Under the pieces are notes generated by a model, which did no database searches, was not told where the DNA came from, and saw only the letters and a program-made list of their open reading frames with translations. From the human T2T-CHM13v2.0 reference genome, Homo sapiens, in assembly GCF_009914755.1 (NCBI RefSeq), contig NC_060931.1: a stretch of 64,000 nucleotides of DNA; one strand, written 5' to 3'. The stretch's first letter is position 1; every line of letters begins with the position of its first letter. A program made the translations under genes and the position numbers. Shown piece after piece: positions 63,038 to 64,000 of this stretch.

Positions 63038-64000
63038 AATGACATCAGTTTTCTCCAAAGACTTTTCTCTCTCCATGTATCTGTGACATACTTCTTTCTC
63101 TTGATATATGTCATTGTCAAGGAATCCTTGTTTTGACACTTCTTTTGTAAATCAGTTGCTTTTTCTCCTTGCCATTGCCCCACCTGCTTAGACTCTGTAT
63201 CTCTCAGTTAAAGGATTGCAACAGTCTTCTAATTGCATTTCCTTTCTTTAGTTTTTTTTCTACCTCCAATTAATAGGACATAACATATATAGTATTCCAT
63301 GGAATATATAGTATTCCATGGAATACTACTCAGCCATAAAAAGGAACAAAATAAAGGCATTCGCAGCAACTTGGATGGAGTTGGTGATCATTATCTAAGT
63401 GAAGTAACTCAGGAATGGAAAACCAAACATCATATGTTCTTACTTATAAGTGAGAGCTAAGCTATGAGGATGCAAAGGCATAAGAATGATATAATGGACT
63501 TTGGGTACTTGAGCGGAGGGGTGGGAGGAGGGTGAGGGATAAAAGACTACACATTGCGTACAGTGTACACTGCTCGGGTGATGGGTGCGCCAAATCTCAG
63601 AAATCACCACTAAAGAACTTTTCTGTGCAACCAAACACCATTTGTTCCCCCAAAACTGCTGAAATAAACAACAACAACAAAACAGAATAGATACTGTAAA
63701 TTCATTCTAATTTGAGGAGGACAGAGAGAAGGGAGATAATGTCCCTTGTCAATTTTTTTGCATTTGTTTATATATTTACTGACTTTTGCTTTCTGTAGGT
63801 TAAATGACAATGGCCTTATGAAGTTGATATCTTTGTCTGAATTATTTAGATTGTTTTCCTTCAATTTTAAGAGTGCTATGTACTATGAAAGTACAGTGCT
63901 ATGAAAAAGTGAGTTAGTAATAGTGTGGCTGCCAGTTGCCTTTGATTACAATGTGACTTTATATCCTGGGGGCACAGGTTGTACTCTGAGGACAGTGGGA

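Overview
This is human genomic DNA, most likely intronic or intergenic. A diagnostic AluYb8 at 59067-59370 points to human. Well over half of the window is transposable-element debris, and I can support no intact protein-coding gene, RNA gene or CRISPR-like system. Nearly all long ORFs in the track are broken L1 ORF1/ORF2 pieces or Alu read-throughs. Four large L1s dominate: a full-length L1PA7-like copy (10252-16888, +), a chimeric L1PA8/L1PA6-like copy with two tandem 3' ends (~17110-22948, +), a full-length L1PB1-like copy (28927-36516, -) carrying a solo HERV-W LTR17, and a 5'-truncated L1PB (58558-63686, +). There are also about 20 Alus, many MaLR/ERV LTRs, hAT and Tigger DNA transposons, and MIR/L2/CR1 relics. 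A few isolated exon-like segments (<=156 on -, 42266-42311 on +, ending at 48203 on -) suggest an unidentified host gene, which I do not name. The most interesting signals are rearrangement fossils: (1) an apparently L2-derived ~250 bp fragment captured inside a younger L1 at an AT microsatellite, with a snap-back palindrome and a 19-bp duplication; (2) an L1-L1 chimera with a duplicated 3' end; (3) shared private variants between neighbouring L1s that suggest gene conversion; (4) a 42-nt exon-like unit that appears only when the L1PB is removed in silico; (5) an RFX+CTCF composite site. Subfamily names come from my recollection of consensus sequences and need RepeatMasker/Dfam confirmation.
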